From Lytechinus pictus (taxonomy: Eukaryota): a DNA stretch of 64,000 nt. Location of the stretch: NCBI RefSeq assembly GCF_037042905.1, contig NC_087249.1, positions 5,828,001-5,892,000 of the forward strand, read 5' to 3'. Within the stretch, counting starts at the first letter, position 1. The number at the start of each line of letters is the position of its first letter. Below the pieces are notes generated by a model that was not told where the DNA came from, searched no databases, and saw only the letters and a list, made by a program, of their open reading frames with translations. Shown here piece by piece: positions 10,110 through 25,100 of the stretch. The translations under genes and the position numbers were made by a program.

Positions 10110-13100
10110 GTAAGTTGTCCTCGGCCCCAGTGGCAGTGCAGTGGCCATGTCCATGAATTTATGTTGCCGTTCTCAAGCAGCTGTATCATGAGTATGACTC
10201 TGTCTCTGACTCTGAGTGACGCATCCTCATCATCACGATCATTGTCTTTTGAAGATGAGAATGATTCACTTTTCTCGTGTTTTGGGATGAGGTGGTGAAT
10301 GGTGGAATGCATTGAAACATTCGTGAGACTCAAACTGAATGAATTTCGTTATAATGTAGGAGAAATTAATCCACTTGAATAAATAAATAAGAAATAGAGA
10401 GAGATGAAGGATGAAATTTGAGAGCTTGCATAAACCACTTTGTGTATTTATAATAATGTTCATAAATTTATTCTTGAAAGTGTATGAATTCCTGTGATGT
10501 GTCTGAAATATGAATTTACACTGGCATGACTGGTGGATCCATGGGGGGGGGGGGGCAGCCAGCCCCCCCCCCCCCTTTGAAAGTGAATCCTTTTCTTTGC
10601 TTGTAAATTTTTTGTGTGGATGAAATGTCCTTAATTTTAGGTTGAAAACCTTTTTTTTTGCTTGTCAAATTTTGCTCGGGGAAAATGTACCCCCTCCTTT
10701 GGAAAATCCTGGATCCGCCCCTGATTAGAGATAAAATGTTCATGATTCCAGGGTTCTTTCTTTAGATATTAGAAGTTCTTTTATAAGTGGCAGCGATGGG
10801 GTGCAAGGTGCGATTTTTCAGAATTTTGAATGTTTCAGGGGTCTGTTTCATAAAGACTTTTTATGGTAAGAAATTAACAGTTTTTATAATGCGATTAGTA
10901 TCACTTTCATCCAATCAAATTGAATGATTTCAGTAGCTTATTGCATATTTGCTATCGTAACAAGATCTATGAAACTGGCCCATGGTCTAGATTGCTTTGT
11001 GAATATCCCGCACAAGTTTTTTTGTTGCTTATTTTAAATTTACTCAGACACTTCTAACAAGTTCAGACTTCAGACACAACAACGTGTGATCCAGTGATCA
11101 GGAGTTGTAATAAAACACTATAAATTTTTCTAAAATCTGTTCAAATCAATTGTGAGGCTTAAGGCTAGAATACTATTCACCCTCATCTAAAGAAACATAT
11201 TCCCAGTACCAAAACGGCAACTAAACTATTAAGTCCCCTTAAGCAATTAAGAGTATTAGCGACGGTTAGAATACATGAAATTGCTTATGTAAGCATACTG
11301 ATGACATCGAAGTGACATGCTGCAAGTCAACAAGATACCGCATGGAATAGGTGACCTTCAGCAATCTAGTTTTTCAACACTAATTAGTCACCATTTAGTG
11401 GGGGCCAGTCAAATATATTGCTGTACACATGCATAAACCAAAAAACGTGTTAAAAGGGGTGTTTTTTTTTTCATTTTTGGCCGCGGGCCGTGCATGCACT
11501 CGTTAAGGGTGTCAAAAACACAGATTAAAAATAAGGGTGGTTTTGAAAGACTGGTCAATGGTCAATCGCGGGGTCAAACGTATTTAGGGTAGATTCTATG
11601 TTTTTTTTCCAAAGCTTTTTTTTTAAAGACTAGCCAAACGTGGTTACTTAGGGTATGTTTTTTCCCCAAGCTTTTTCCTGGGGCTTTTTCCTCGTTTCTG
11701 AAAAGTGTTCGGGTTCTTCCCGATTGTAAGCAACGACCCTGGGAACGGGCCTGGGAAACGGAGAAAACTTGTTTAGGGGTCATATTCTGGCAACAACTTG
11801 TTTAGGGGCCAAAATGTGTAAATGAAGCCCACGAAAAACTTGTTTAGGGAGTTATTTTGCACACAGAGAAAAACTTGTTTAGGGGCTGTTTGGAAATAAT
11901 TTGGTCACGCATGTGTACAGCAATACATTTGACTGGCCCCCTGGGAGATTAACTCCCAAAAAGCATGTACTGTAAGATCTAAGCTGATGCAGTGCTCTTT
12001 TTCATGAAGAGTTTTTACAGAGTGGAACAGCCTTCCATCCTATGTTGCAGAAAAATTGTTGTTGAACTCTTTAAAATCAAACCTTGAAATAAACTGCGTC
12101 CCCTGAATCGGGATTTTTAGTCATTTGAACAAAGTTTTCTTCCTCGTCATTATTGTCAAATCCGTAAAAAATTGAAATACAATAAAAACGAAAGAAATAG
12201 TGAGTGAAGGACATCATTGACTTGCTCATAGTTAAAGTATAACTGTTTTGTGAAAAACAAGCAAAACTTTAAAACTGTCATACTATTTTTACGTCCGATT
12301 TGGATGAAATATTCAGCGTTATGCTTAATTTATTTCTGTCTATTCACTCTATTGATTCAGATCAACTTATTTCTGTGGTGGATTTGACCTTCTTAAAGAG
12401 GGGGGGGGGGGGGAAGATGTGGTTTATGAATTAGGACCCAAATCAGAATCTGAGTTGTGTTTTTCAAGTGGGAAATTAAATGGAGGGTCCATGCTGTTGC
12501 CAGTCAAGTTTGAGTTCTTCAGTTAAAGGGAAATCCAACCTCTGTCATAAAATGTTGTGTGGGGAAAGGAGGAAAATATGTCAAACAGAATGGTGAAAGC
12601 TTGGAAGAAATCAGACAAGCAATAAGAAAGTTAAGACAGTTTTGAAATTGAGATCCCTAAAACTATGTTAATTACTTAATTTCAAATTTGCAACTGGGTA
12701 AGTAAATTTGATTATGACAAGTGGGAAGCTTTACCATAGACCATGTAATTATAAAGGATTTGTGGTTTTCTCTCAAGTACCTATTCCCATGGGGCAGTAA
12801 TCCAATGCAATTAAAGAAAAAATTTCTTGAACTAAAACTTTTGAAAAAAAGAAGACAACTTAACAATTTATGTATTGGAGTAAATAAGAGAGTAGTCGTT
12901 GCCTTTATATCACTATGTCATGTGGCCAATTTGAAGTCTCCATGGATATAGCGATTACCAATTTTTTAACTTTCTCATAGTTTATCCAATTCTGTCAAAA
13001 CTTTCACCCATAAACTATCACAACTTTTTCTGCACCCTCTTTGTATGTTTTCTGTTTGGTCTTATCCCACTTACCACAATCTACTTCACAACTTGGTCTA

Positions 13101-16100
13101 ATTGTCCTAGAATTTACCATAATGTGTATGCACAGTTTATAGGCAATAACTATTTCATCTCATATTTTCCAAATAGTGTAACATCACTAAGTCTAAAAAT
13201 GAACTTTATGAACCAAATTTTCATGTGAAAAATTGCAAAATATTGAGTGGACAAAGTGGAAATTGGACTGGTCATCTGGGGCTGGGCATTGGATGAAATT
13301 ATGATTAGATTAAATGAGTTAGACCAAGTGAGCTTGTACCAAATATGGCCATTAGACCAAAATATAGTATACCCAGTGGGTTTAGGCCCTAGGGACTTTA
13401 GCCATGATACATGTAAAGAACTGCGAGTAGACCAAGTTGGTATATGCTTCTACAACTTCTTTTTTCCTCACATGACGTACATGTAGTTGTGTACCTTCAA
13501 GATAACTTATATTGTCTTTTGGTGGCAGCGGTGGGATATTGGTGTCACATGCGGCCTACATGTCAAATAGATTATTAAACCAAAGCTGTCCATTTTTGGA
13601 GGGAATATTTGTAGAACAACTTTTGTCATCAAACCATGATATTACAGACTTATATTATAGCACTATAATTCATTATACTGTCTGATTGATAAAGATTAGG
13701 TCTACTTCTGAATTACATGTTATGTGTTATGTATACATCATGGAAATGAGTTTGCTTTACCCTTTCCCCCATTTCCTTCTGAATTACAGTAACATACATT
13801 AGGCCTATCACTCACACCAAAGTGATTGGTTGATTTTTAATATCTAGATAGATAATCCACTTTATCACCATCAAGTTTGCCATCATAATCATGATTATCA
13901 TCACCACCATTATCATTAATATCACCTTGATACCATCATTCACATCATCATCATTCATCATCATCATCATCACCACCACCATCATCATCATCGTCATCAT
14001 CATCACCACCACCACCACCATCACCATCATCATCATCATTCATCATCCTCCTCCTCCTCCTAATCATCATCATCGTCATCCTCCTCCTCATCATTCTCAT
14101 CATCATCATCCGTCCATAAAATGATAAAATGCTTATCAATGAAAAAGTGCACATAACAGAGTTGTAGACAACTTCCACATTTTTGTGACAAAAATAGGTC
14201 AATCACATTGGGAAGAAAATCAATATTCAGTATATTCATATTATTTAAAGGGTCTTTAATTTCAAAATGTATGTTTATTTTTTATCCCTATAAAGTATTT
14301 ATAACATTACTTTTATGTAGGCCTGCAGTAATATACAGTTGAGGCAATTAGTTTACATACACCCAGGAAATTCAAAGAAAAGTTAACACTTGCCAAACAT
14401 CATAAAATATTTGTGCTATCATGACGACTTTGATATCAAACAAATGAGTAGGCTATGTCACGCCCCTTCATCACACTGCTTTGTCATCAGGAGCTGAAAA
14501 ATATTTAGGTGTAATTTTTCCCCAAAAAATCTTCATATTTAAGACGAATTAAAAATAAGAACTTGACAAAAACATTCCATATTTGTGCTAGTTACTTCTC
14601 AATACAAACATTTCAGATTGCACTTTTTTTGTTCAGTGGTGACATATCATATAAAATGTAATATAAATCATAGATTTGACATTTATGTATTTCTATGAAA
14701 CAATGTTTGAAAATATAACACAATAGAACTGTACATGTACAGTATGGGGTAGATCAGGCCATCATAGCAGAGAATTCTAACTCATCTTTCCCTGTTTATC
14801 CCTGTTTATTATGGACACCGTACATTGCCCCTACTGACTTTTAACATGTAATTAATTAGCCCTATATTGCTTAACATATAGGTAGTTGTCTGTTGGTAAT
14901 TTACGTAATTTCTCAAGGGGTTAGTTGTCTGGAGGATAATTGTCCTTGGGGAATAATCTTAAAAGGTTGTCGTGAAGGAAAGTCATTAATTAGCAGGTGT
15001 GTGTAGAATAATGTTGATTATGTTAAGAGAGGAGTGTACTTTACTGACATACATGTATTTGAGTAACACGATCTTAAAGATAAGTACCAGTTGTAGTAAC
15101 GATCTCAAAACGAGTCCGAACAGAATCCAATACCACCAAAGTGTTTGTATGTATAAATAAGAAATATGTGCCAAAAACATCTGGAAGAAAATATGTACAT
15201 GTAATTGCTGAGAAATGAGCAAAATAAGCACGGAATTCCATCAACCGTCTGGTATCTTTCGAAGCAATATTAATGCACTGTCCCGCTGCCAGTCTACAGA
15301 CCTGTACAGATCTTTATGTATGTCTTCTGAAGACACAGAAAAGCATGCGGGAGTCCCGCATATGCTTTTCTGTGTCTTCAGAAGACATACATAAAGATCT
15401 GTACAGGTCTGTAGACTGTAGTTCTGTACACATGTCATTCTCACATGTACATGTATGATTCTTTGTTATTGGATTTACATGTATACTGTCTGCTACTGAT
15501 ACACAATGTACATGTCAACTTTAATATTACTTGTATCCACGAAGATACTTGTTGAACTCCCAAAAAAATTGTAAGCCTGCATGATTTTCTGTAAAAGTGT
15601 GTGAAAATATTCCTGAAAAATGTGGCTTTTATAATAGAGATTGAACTTATTCTTTGGAAATTAGAATGAGTAGTTTTCATTAGAGTTTTGGTAGCATAGA
15701 GATAAAATGTCACATTTCCCATTTTTGTGTGCCTCGATCCCCCTGACCTGCCCTCTCAATATATAGAGGAAGCTTCCATAAGATCAATTAATTTAGGTGA
15801 GTAATAAATTTGGAGCAAGTTCCATACATAGAAGGTTTGCTATTTCAAAGAGTCTTGAAGCAAATATAATACACTATTTTGAGATGCTCCAGTTATTCCA
15901 CCAAGAGATGTATATATTATTTCTTCATTTATATTATCTTTATTCTTTTAGTTTTAGGTTTTATTTTAGCTATGTCAATTTTCAAAGCAGGCCAATTTTT
16001 TCCAAGGGGATCTTCATGAAAAGCAAAAGTAAAAACTGATGTTGGGTTCAAGCCTGGGTGCAACTTTAAGCCGCCTACATGTATGTTTGATGAACAATAC

Positions 16101-19100
16101 ATTAACAGGAGTTTGATTTTAGAAGTCACAATAGGAGGTGCTGCACCAGCACGAGTTTGCTCAATCTCGAGATTTTAGCCCGATCGGCCCTCTTCGCGAT
16201 TAATCTTGAGATTCAAGAAACCCTGTCTCCATCATCGCAAGAAGAGCGATTCCTGCGAGGCATCGATGCATTATGGTCTGACGTCGTGAATAAATAATCC
16301 CGAGTGCGTCTGCACCTGCGAATTAGCAGGGTAATTCGTAAAATAGCAGTGATAGCACGCTATTTTGCAAATAATCCCAAGTTGACTTGGGATTGCAATC
16401 TCGAGATTAATCCTGTGAACTAGCGTGATAATTGCGTCTCCATTAGAAATAATCTCGAGATTGTTCAGATCGGGATAATTTGCCGGATCAGAAATAGCGC
16501 GCTAATTTGAAAACTCGGGCTGGTGCAGACGGCCCTAATGGCATTAGATTATTAGAGAGGATTGGGATTTCAGTAGGCCTTGCTCTTGGATGATCTTTTT
16601 TTTTCTGAAGTAGATATTCCATTGTGTTAAGATGTTCCTGTGGCCTTGACCATGTCTGGATTCTTCCCCCTGACCCCGTCCTTGCATTAATACAATTTAA
16701 GCAGAGAATTCATTCCCCTTTTCTACTTCCATTATTTCATTGCCGAGATGACGAGATTGTTGTATTAAGATTTAACATACTTGTATGTATATTTTCTTCT
16801 GTCTCTTTTATCAGACAAATTTCATTCATGTAGGCCTGAATTTATGTACATGTATGAAGTGTATTTAAAAAAAATTCATTGCCCTACTGCATGAGGTTTC
16901 TGCATTGTACCGGTACTTTGTAGCCCTGTGTCATGTGAACAGGGCTCTGTGCTAATGCGCAGAGCCTGCTTTTATAAAATTATCTTTGACCTTCTTAAAC
17001 CCGGTGCTCCAAAGTCCTGCCTTTGTTATTGTTTATTCCCTGAAATATTCCCACAATAGATCCAGCAGACTGTCTGCCAAGAGACCGAGCTCCTTAAAAA
17101 GCCGATTCCAAATTTATGAGCAAGTGCGGCTGATGCGTTTCCCATGTACTGTTCCAAGTGTGAAAATCGGCTACAACATGTATCTTTAATTCATTTATTA
17201 TGTAAATGTGCCTCTTATACACAATTTCTTCAGTTTAACCATTTTTTCTTTGTTATGTGCATTGTGCAGTGAATGGTGAAGTGAAATGATAAGCCATTGT
17301 AATTTGTATGGATATTCTCGGGAATGACGTCTCATAATTTTTTACTATAAATTATTCATTTCTCCTGTCAAAATGTCAATGATATGATACATCAAACTAT
17401 TAAAATAATCCAAAGTCAATAGGATATTTAAAGAGAGTGATGATAGATGATAATGTGATATGCACAATACATGTGATGAAATTAATTATTATTTTTAGAA
17501 ATTTAGAAATATATAATGCAATTCATTCATACAGACTGCATTTGTACTACAATACATAAAGGGCAGAAAAATAGGCTCTGTGGGCTACATGAGGACAGTG
17601 TAGTTGATTTTTTTTTTTACGAAGATTGTTTGAACTTTTTTGTTTTTCAGCTTTTGAGCAGAGCAAGAACACATTTGGTTTCACGTTAGCTGCCAATGGA
17701 GAGGTTGTGATCTATACGTTTAGCATGGGTGATGATTATCCAGGTAAGAAATTAAGGATGGATATCATATGAAAACCTAGCTGAAACTTTAATTTAAATT
17801 TGGTACTCTCTCCTGAAAAGAATTATATCTACAATGTAAATTAGTAGAGTAAAATTTTACTGAGTAAAACACTGAAAGTGAAAATTCAATCAAAATCTCA
17901 AAACAAAAGTCAAGGTTAGTGAATTTCAAATTTTCTTTGTCTTTGTAAAAACAGTTATTACTGTATGCACGCTGTAATGAATATGCATTTGATGGGCCGA
18001 TGATGCCATGTCCCCACTTTCCTTTTCTTATTAGGTATAAACTGTATGAAATCCCAATTATTTCATATCTTCGTACATGTATGTATATCACGTACGTGCA
18101 TAGCGCCAACTTAATGTGTTCCGCCATCTTGCTTGTTGGTTGCCGATAAAATGCGCATTTTCAGATTTTTTAACGCTCAGTTATTATCCATGACTGAAAC
18201 ATTGACCAATCAAAAACTAAGATTCTACAAGAAATATGAATATTCATATACGAAAGTATAAACATAGATAATTCAGTTTTATGTAAAATTTAAACCCAAT
18301 ACTTCAAAATATGGTTAGTTTAATGTCTCTAAAATGACCCTTAAAAACAGAATTTTATTAGTAAAAAATAAAGCTTTTCCCAAGTTGCCATGGTAACGCG
18401 GTCTGAGATATAAAAGCTTAGCAAACACTTCATTTCAGTGATCGAGGATGTATTTGTTTACGGTATACGTCTACATAAATTATAACATTTTTTTCCAGAC
18501 CATGGATAAACTTTCAAAAAGAGACATTTTAGGCAAGTTTTTACGATTTCCGGCAATTTTCTGACACAGGCACTTTGAAGAGGTAATTTTTACAGAATTA
18601 GAAGAAGACATCATGGATTTTCCTAATTATCACGACGGATATGCAACTTACTTGTAAACAAATCAAACAAAGTCTATGATACATTTCCGATAATGCAAAA
18701 AGAGACATTCAAGTCTCTGATTGAGAGCCGCAGATTGAACATTCGCACGGCGCAATGGTAGCGTTTTCGCCGAATTCGTCGGGGCGAAAACTCCAAGAGA
18801 GCCGTACCACTCACCAGTCCCGAACGCTGCGCTGTATGTTTGATGATTTATCTGGTGCCATTTCGTGCTTATAAATTTGTTTTTTCTACAATGCCACTAT
18901 CTCATTAAAATTGTTTGTCATGATAACATTGGAAATATTATCGTTTAATGGCCCAAAGAATCGACTGTAATAAAAGATACTTTGAAATATTGTCAGAGAG
19001 TGATTAGTTAGGTGATGTTTATGGTCAGAATTTAGTCCTGGCTTCGGGTGAACTTACGCGAACGCGGTCACTTGCTCACGGGGCGAGTCGGCCTGGCCCT

Positions 19101-22100
19101 TTGGTGGAAGGCCGTTAGGTAACGTGCAGTGCAGCTAGAGCAGAGTTGGGGAGTTATAGGTATAAAAATACTTTGAAATAAGTAATCTGCAAATATTTTT
19201 GTCTTATCCCTTTGGATTACTTAGATAAGAAATTCAAATTCTCAAAGTTTAAATCAAATTTTAGACAGTGACAACAAAGAGTGGTGCTGTATGGGGGGGG
19301 GGGGGGGTGGGGTCTTGCATGCCCCCAATTCACGAACAAGAAAAAAAAAGGAAAAGGTAAGAGAATCTTGCGAAATTGTTCAATTGGATTTTTGTAACCA
19401 AAAGTCAAAATTATGCTTATGTCGCTTGCTTGCAACTATATATTTTATAAATTTTGCCTGATACGCCATATCGTAGTACCCTCAATTATTTTCACTTGTT
19501 ACGCCACTGACATGACTGATATAACATCTACTAGTTTATGATAACATTATTTGGTTGCGGGATCAAAGCATCAGCTATATATAGCTAAACATTTATACTT
19601 TATGCCTGTTCAACTTCCAATACAGGTTTAGGCCTGTATTTATGAGATGTTAAGATCTATGGGTGCCTTTATTATTTTCATTTTCAATTAAAACAATTAT
19701 TAATTATGTATTAATTTAGTATTAACCTCGATGATACATTTTATTGTATTAAATCGTACAATTTCTGTTGTATTAAGCCCCTTATTAAGCCCTTTTAAAA
19801 CATGCTCAGTATAGCAGACCCCCCCCCCCATATATAAAGACAATAGAAGTGTATATAGAATTAATTGAACCCCCCCCCCCTTATTGAGGACAAAATGAAA
19901 AAAAAATACTCAAAATAATCGACCGCCCCCCCCCCCCTTTGACGAGGCAGCTGTCGGTGGCCTGATGTCTTCATTGACTTCTTTTTGCTTGTAAAAATAA
20001 TATTAAAGAAATAGGGGCTACTCTAAGTGTCCCCTGTGAAAATTGATTTGGATCTGCAAGTGCATGAGGCTGCGCCCCCTCCAACGTCATAGCTACCCCA
20101 TATCTTTAGGTTCTAGCTCTCATATTTTTCAGCTCCCTGGTTTTTTGGAAGAAAAAAAAAACGAGGCGAAAGAAAAGAGTGAAATAAATGAAATACGATT
20201 AATCAAAATTTGAGTTGTTTGAAAGAATTATACTTATCAGAGAAACTAAATTAAATTATACAACCATGAAGAATAACAGCAATCTTGATAAATTCTGTTT
20301 TTTTTTCAAAATCAGAACCAATCAACCTTTTTCTGATTATTCTGTCACTTTCCATATTTTGGAGAAAAAAATAAAAGTGTTCATCGACGCCCTGTACTGC
20401 ATGATGAAACTGTATCCCCACTCGGCCCTCGTAACCCCCCCCCCCCTCTCTCCCTCTCCCCCTCCCCCTCCCCCACCACAATGCCCCTTGCTCATTTCTC
20501 TTATCTCACCTTGACCTTAATTAATTAATCTTAACTATTTGGCGGTACAGTCAAACGTGACTGGTCGCCATCATAGTTTCATCCCCAACAAACAAGGAAC
20601 AAACAATAACAATTCTGTTTTTCGACCCAACATCATTCCTTTCAATACGCGTAAGGCTATACGTGGGCATGCACAAACAACGTGGGTTAACAAAAACTGA
20701 CCCGCGTTTGGACTAAAATTGTGATTAAAATAAAAATGTTATAAATATGAAAAAAATATGTGTATAATGAAGGATATCTGATAAACGGAAAAACATCAAT
20801 CGCTAATTCATAAAAATGCTGGAAAAGATATGACAGAGGTTTTTAACAACGGTAATCAAGGGGAATTAGTGTATGGGTGAATGGCGTTCGAGCTTTAGCC
20901 GAGCGTTAGCCGGAGAGGGCGCGGGCCAAATCTGCCTGAATCTGGCAATATGGCGTCGTCCATTAAGCTGACGTTAGCCAGCGGCGACTGCACGTACGTG
21001 ATATGTGTATGTTATGTCTCTCTTGTAACAAAGTAAGTTATACATCGCCATCATTTTCTTATACATTAAGTCAGTTGTCAATCCATTAAAAAAATTCTTT
21101 GAGGACAAAATTTGAAGAAATACAGTTTCACATTATAGAATAGAAAAGAATAAGTGGGGATATGGCATCAATTTGCTCATTGCGTGTAACTGTTATTTCT
21201 CCAAAGTATTGCAAACTTTCCGATTTTAATGAAACTTTTGTTGTTTTGTTTCTTTACTTTTACTTTATCTGTTGAAATCATATTATTTTCAGCCAGGATT
21301 ACCCTATTAAGTTGGCCATATGTAATGTATATGATTCCGAACTCAAAGAAAACAATCCGACCATCACAGCATTCCAAACTATCTTTACTCCAGCTAAACG
21401 TTTCCATGTGAATCATAGCAAGTACTGATACACAAGTGTGAAGGGTAAATTGTCAATTCGTCTATTGCCAACTCGTCCACTCATCACATTGTCTATCTTC
21501 ATTTTAATTATTAGTTTAATGCCATTTCGTACATCAACACTTTGTCTAAACAACCATTTGGTCTAATAATCATTTGGTCCAATCATCACTTTGACTAATC
21601 ACCAGTTCCTCTATGATCATTTTGTCTCATAACCAGTTGGTTTAATGCCCAGATATTATTTTCATTCATTTCGCCCAATTAACACATAGTTCAATTAGAC
21701 AAAATGGTATATGGACTAAATGGCAATTGGACCAACTGGTTATTAGATGAAATGGTGAGTGAACAAAATGGCAATTAGTAGTAGCAGAAAAGGACTTGAT
21801 TAATTGCTTCAATTATTCATTTGCTTGAAAACCAAAATCTCCTTTTTATTGGGGGGGGGGGGGCATTTGGATGGAGTAAGCATTTTCAGAAGAGGGGGGG
21901 GGGGGGAGGGTTGAAAAGATGTTCCCCTAATACAACTTTAATGGAGCCCTTTCTTGCTTGTTTGTATCCCATGGTTTGTTGATAGTACATACATGTACAT
22001 GTATGTGAGTTTTGTTTTGTTACTTGAGTGAGAATAAAAATGATTTCTTTTCAAGTAACCTGAGGATGTACTAGGTTTTCAAGGTTTCAAGCTACACTGA

Positions 22101-25100
22101 CTGCCTCCTTTGATCCTGAAGATTCTTGCAGTATTGTAGTACCGGGAACCGGCAGGTGCAATGCACGGGGTGAACACCCTACTCTTTGACGAATAGTGTA
22201 TTGGTTTTAACGTGCATAGGTTGTGACTCTCCTATACACGGGACCAACATTTGCGTCCTTTCCGATGGACGGAGTGTTTTCCAACTGCATTCACACCTGC
22301 ACTGAACACAGTGGTGAGGCATGCTTACACACAACGCTAGCATCAGAGTTTTTTGTTAGACGTCTTCCGGCATGCTGCGGGACTCGAACCCACGCACGTT
22401 GAGATCTACGATCTTATCCGGAACAGGCGCTCTAACCGACTGAGCTACGCTACCCTACATGTAATCTGTAAGGTCATTTTTGAGGAACCTAATGAGGATT
22501 AATGCTGCTTAAAAGTTTTCTAAACAGGAATAATATCCATATTTCAAAAAGTATTTTTGAATTTGAATTTTTAATTTTCAAGTTTTCACATTTTAGAGCC
22601 ATCACAATTATAATCCTAAGGCTAATACAGTAATTTATGGCATTGTTATGAAATGTGTCCCTTACTCGAGAGATGGTAAAAATGACATCATCAACAATAA
22701 TATATTCATGGTGCTGGTTTTGCAACCCCCTAAATTACACGGTAGATTGATTCTTTATTGCAGACCAAATCACATTGTGTTAGTTTGACCTTTGTACCCC
22801 TTTTGTACCTTTTTTCCCTACTTTTTGTACTAATCAAAGATCAATAAAAGAATGAAATTGAGGTGATCAAACAATTAAGGTCTCTGGAGTGCCAAGGTAA
22901 ATAGATCTCTAGGTATCCAGCAAACAGGTAGCCGTGTTATGTTTATCATCAGCAGTGATGACGCATCCTTTATGAATATATATGTAAAATCAATTGGGTA
23001 TGAAATTCAAAGTGATGATGAATTTCGACCCTATTGTCCCTTGTGTCAAATGAACAGCAAAATATTCTTAACTTCCTTGTTAGAGTGAAATATACATGTG
23101 CATTGCATACTAGAAAGTTAATAGCAAGTAACAAATAAAAAAAACACTAATTTTTGCATTTTCAGGTTGCAGACTTCTTCAAAAATTACCCAATTAGTTA
23201 ATGTACAAAGTTCAAATCCTATTTCTTTTTTTTCTTTTGCTTTTGATAATGATGATTGTAAGAGATACAGGGGGGGTGTCTAATCTTTGTTTCAGTTTTG
23301 CTCCAAGATGGCAAATGTAGTGCCATGTTCCTACTCCACTTTGATATTGTTTGTATCCAGTAGTTTAGGACAATGCTTGAAAATACACATACTAAAATAC
23401 TAAATGGTGATGTACAATGTTCTAAAAACATTCTAAATGTATATTTCAAATATTGACTTTTTTATTTGAAATTTGTCATGTGCATGAAAGGGGTAAAACC
23501 AGCTGCTAGTGTAAGTCCATGGTAGGGCAACCTGCCCAGAAAAAAAAATTGATCAAACTTTTCTTGAGGGTGTTTTTTTTTCATGCTGATATTTTTTTCC
23601 ATAATGATCTCTTGTATTGATTTTATATTGTGATGTACATGTACCTAGAATTATTGTTTCTCTCTTGTGAAGTATATTTCAATTTAAACTTAAACAGAGA
23701 GAGGAAAAAAGGTTATATGTATATGGAATAGGATTATATTACATTGTAAGTGTAAGTGTATTACATTTACAGTTCATATATTGGTCATAAGCACTGAAAG
23801 TACTTTTGTCAATATTTAATTGAAATTTGAAATTGTGACATAAACGCAAGGGATGATATTAAGTAAAGTAGACTTTTTATTATCTTAAAGAAAATCATCC
23901 ATCTTTTCGATTGTCTCCAGCCACAGTGAACTTTTATTTTTTTCATTCAGGGCCATTCTTGGTCACGTGTGTGACAGAAATTTTGAAAAAAATGTGACTT
24001 TAATTAGTTATAAATCTAAAACTTTTAGAGATTTGTTACTAATTTTATGATTTTGAAACTTTCATTTTGACATTCACAGGAATTCCCAAATGAAATTTAA
24101 CTTCCAAAATCATGCTTATGTGTGAAATCACACACATGGTCCACTTATTTTGACCTCTGACCTTGAACCTGCATAATGGAGACAGCAGAAAATACACATG
24201 TATGTCCAAATTATTATAACTGACATGTTATTGTGATATAACATTTGAATATCGGTCTCACAACCAAGAATGGCCCTTTATTACATCCAATCTACATTTG
24301 CACGAACAAGAATAGGGCCTACAAATGTATACAAGATGTAGCTTTTTGGTGCTTTTTACAAAGGGTCAAATTTGACTTAAAATTGAATTAAAATTGATAG
24401 ACTTGTGTATGTTAGCCGCCTTGGTCAGATCCAGCTCATCATGCCTTTGCATGTACATGTAGTCATTAATTAGGTTGATCTGTGAAATACATCCACTTAG
24501 AAATTTGTGGGTTAACATGACTTTAATCTATACTTACCTAGTGAAACTGACTGAATCTACTTTGATTTGATTTGATTTATTGTTTCACACTCCACAAAAA
24601 CATATACAGCTTGAACATACATGTACAGTATGAGAAGATGATGACAAAAAATACATAATTTTAGTGTTTTACAAAGAAATACAATTTCGTGAAATATGAG
24701 GAACCTATTAAAAAGCATAGCTTGTAGAAATAGGTTCCCAGACCCTTTAGAACGATAACAAGGCAAAGGCACTCACAAACTACTGTACATGTAAATTTGT
24801 GGGAGTGTTGTGGTGTACATGTAGCATCTCCTACATGTACTCTCCCCTTGTACTCAGAGGGTCATGTGTTCAATTCTCACCTTGGCTTAGCGTCCTTGTG
24901 GCAAGCCGTTAATTCTCACTCGACACCCAGGTGTCAAATGGGTACCCGGTAGGATGCGAAAGCCTACATGTAGGCCTATGCGTAGCATTTGAGTCTTGGA
25001 AATCTTGACATTGTATGCAGGCATGTCACGATCCAATGACTGGGTATATGTAAAGTGCTTAGAAAACACAAAATAACAATAAACGATATATAGATGTAAA

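Noticed and set aside
13812-14202. His/Met/Asp-rich ORFs; also Leu/Phe/Ser- or Glu/Lys-rich ORFs at 41691-42195 and 50635-50986
   Set aside because: Translations of microsatellite or low-complexity DNA.
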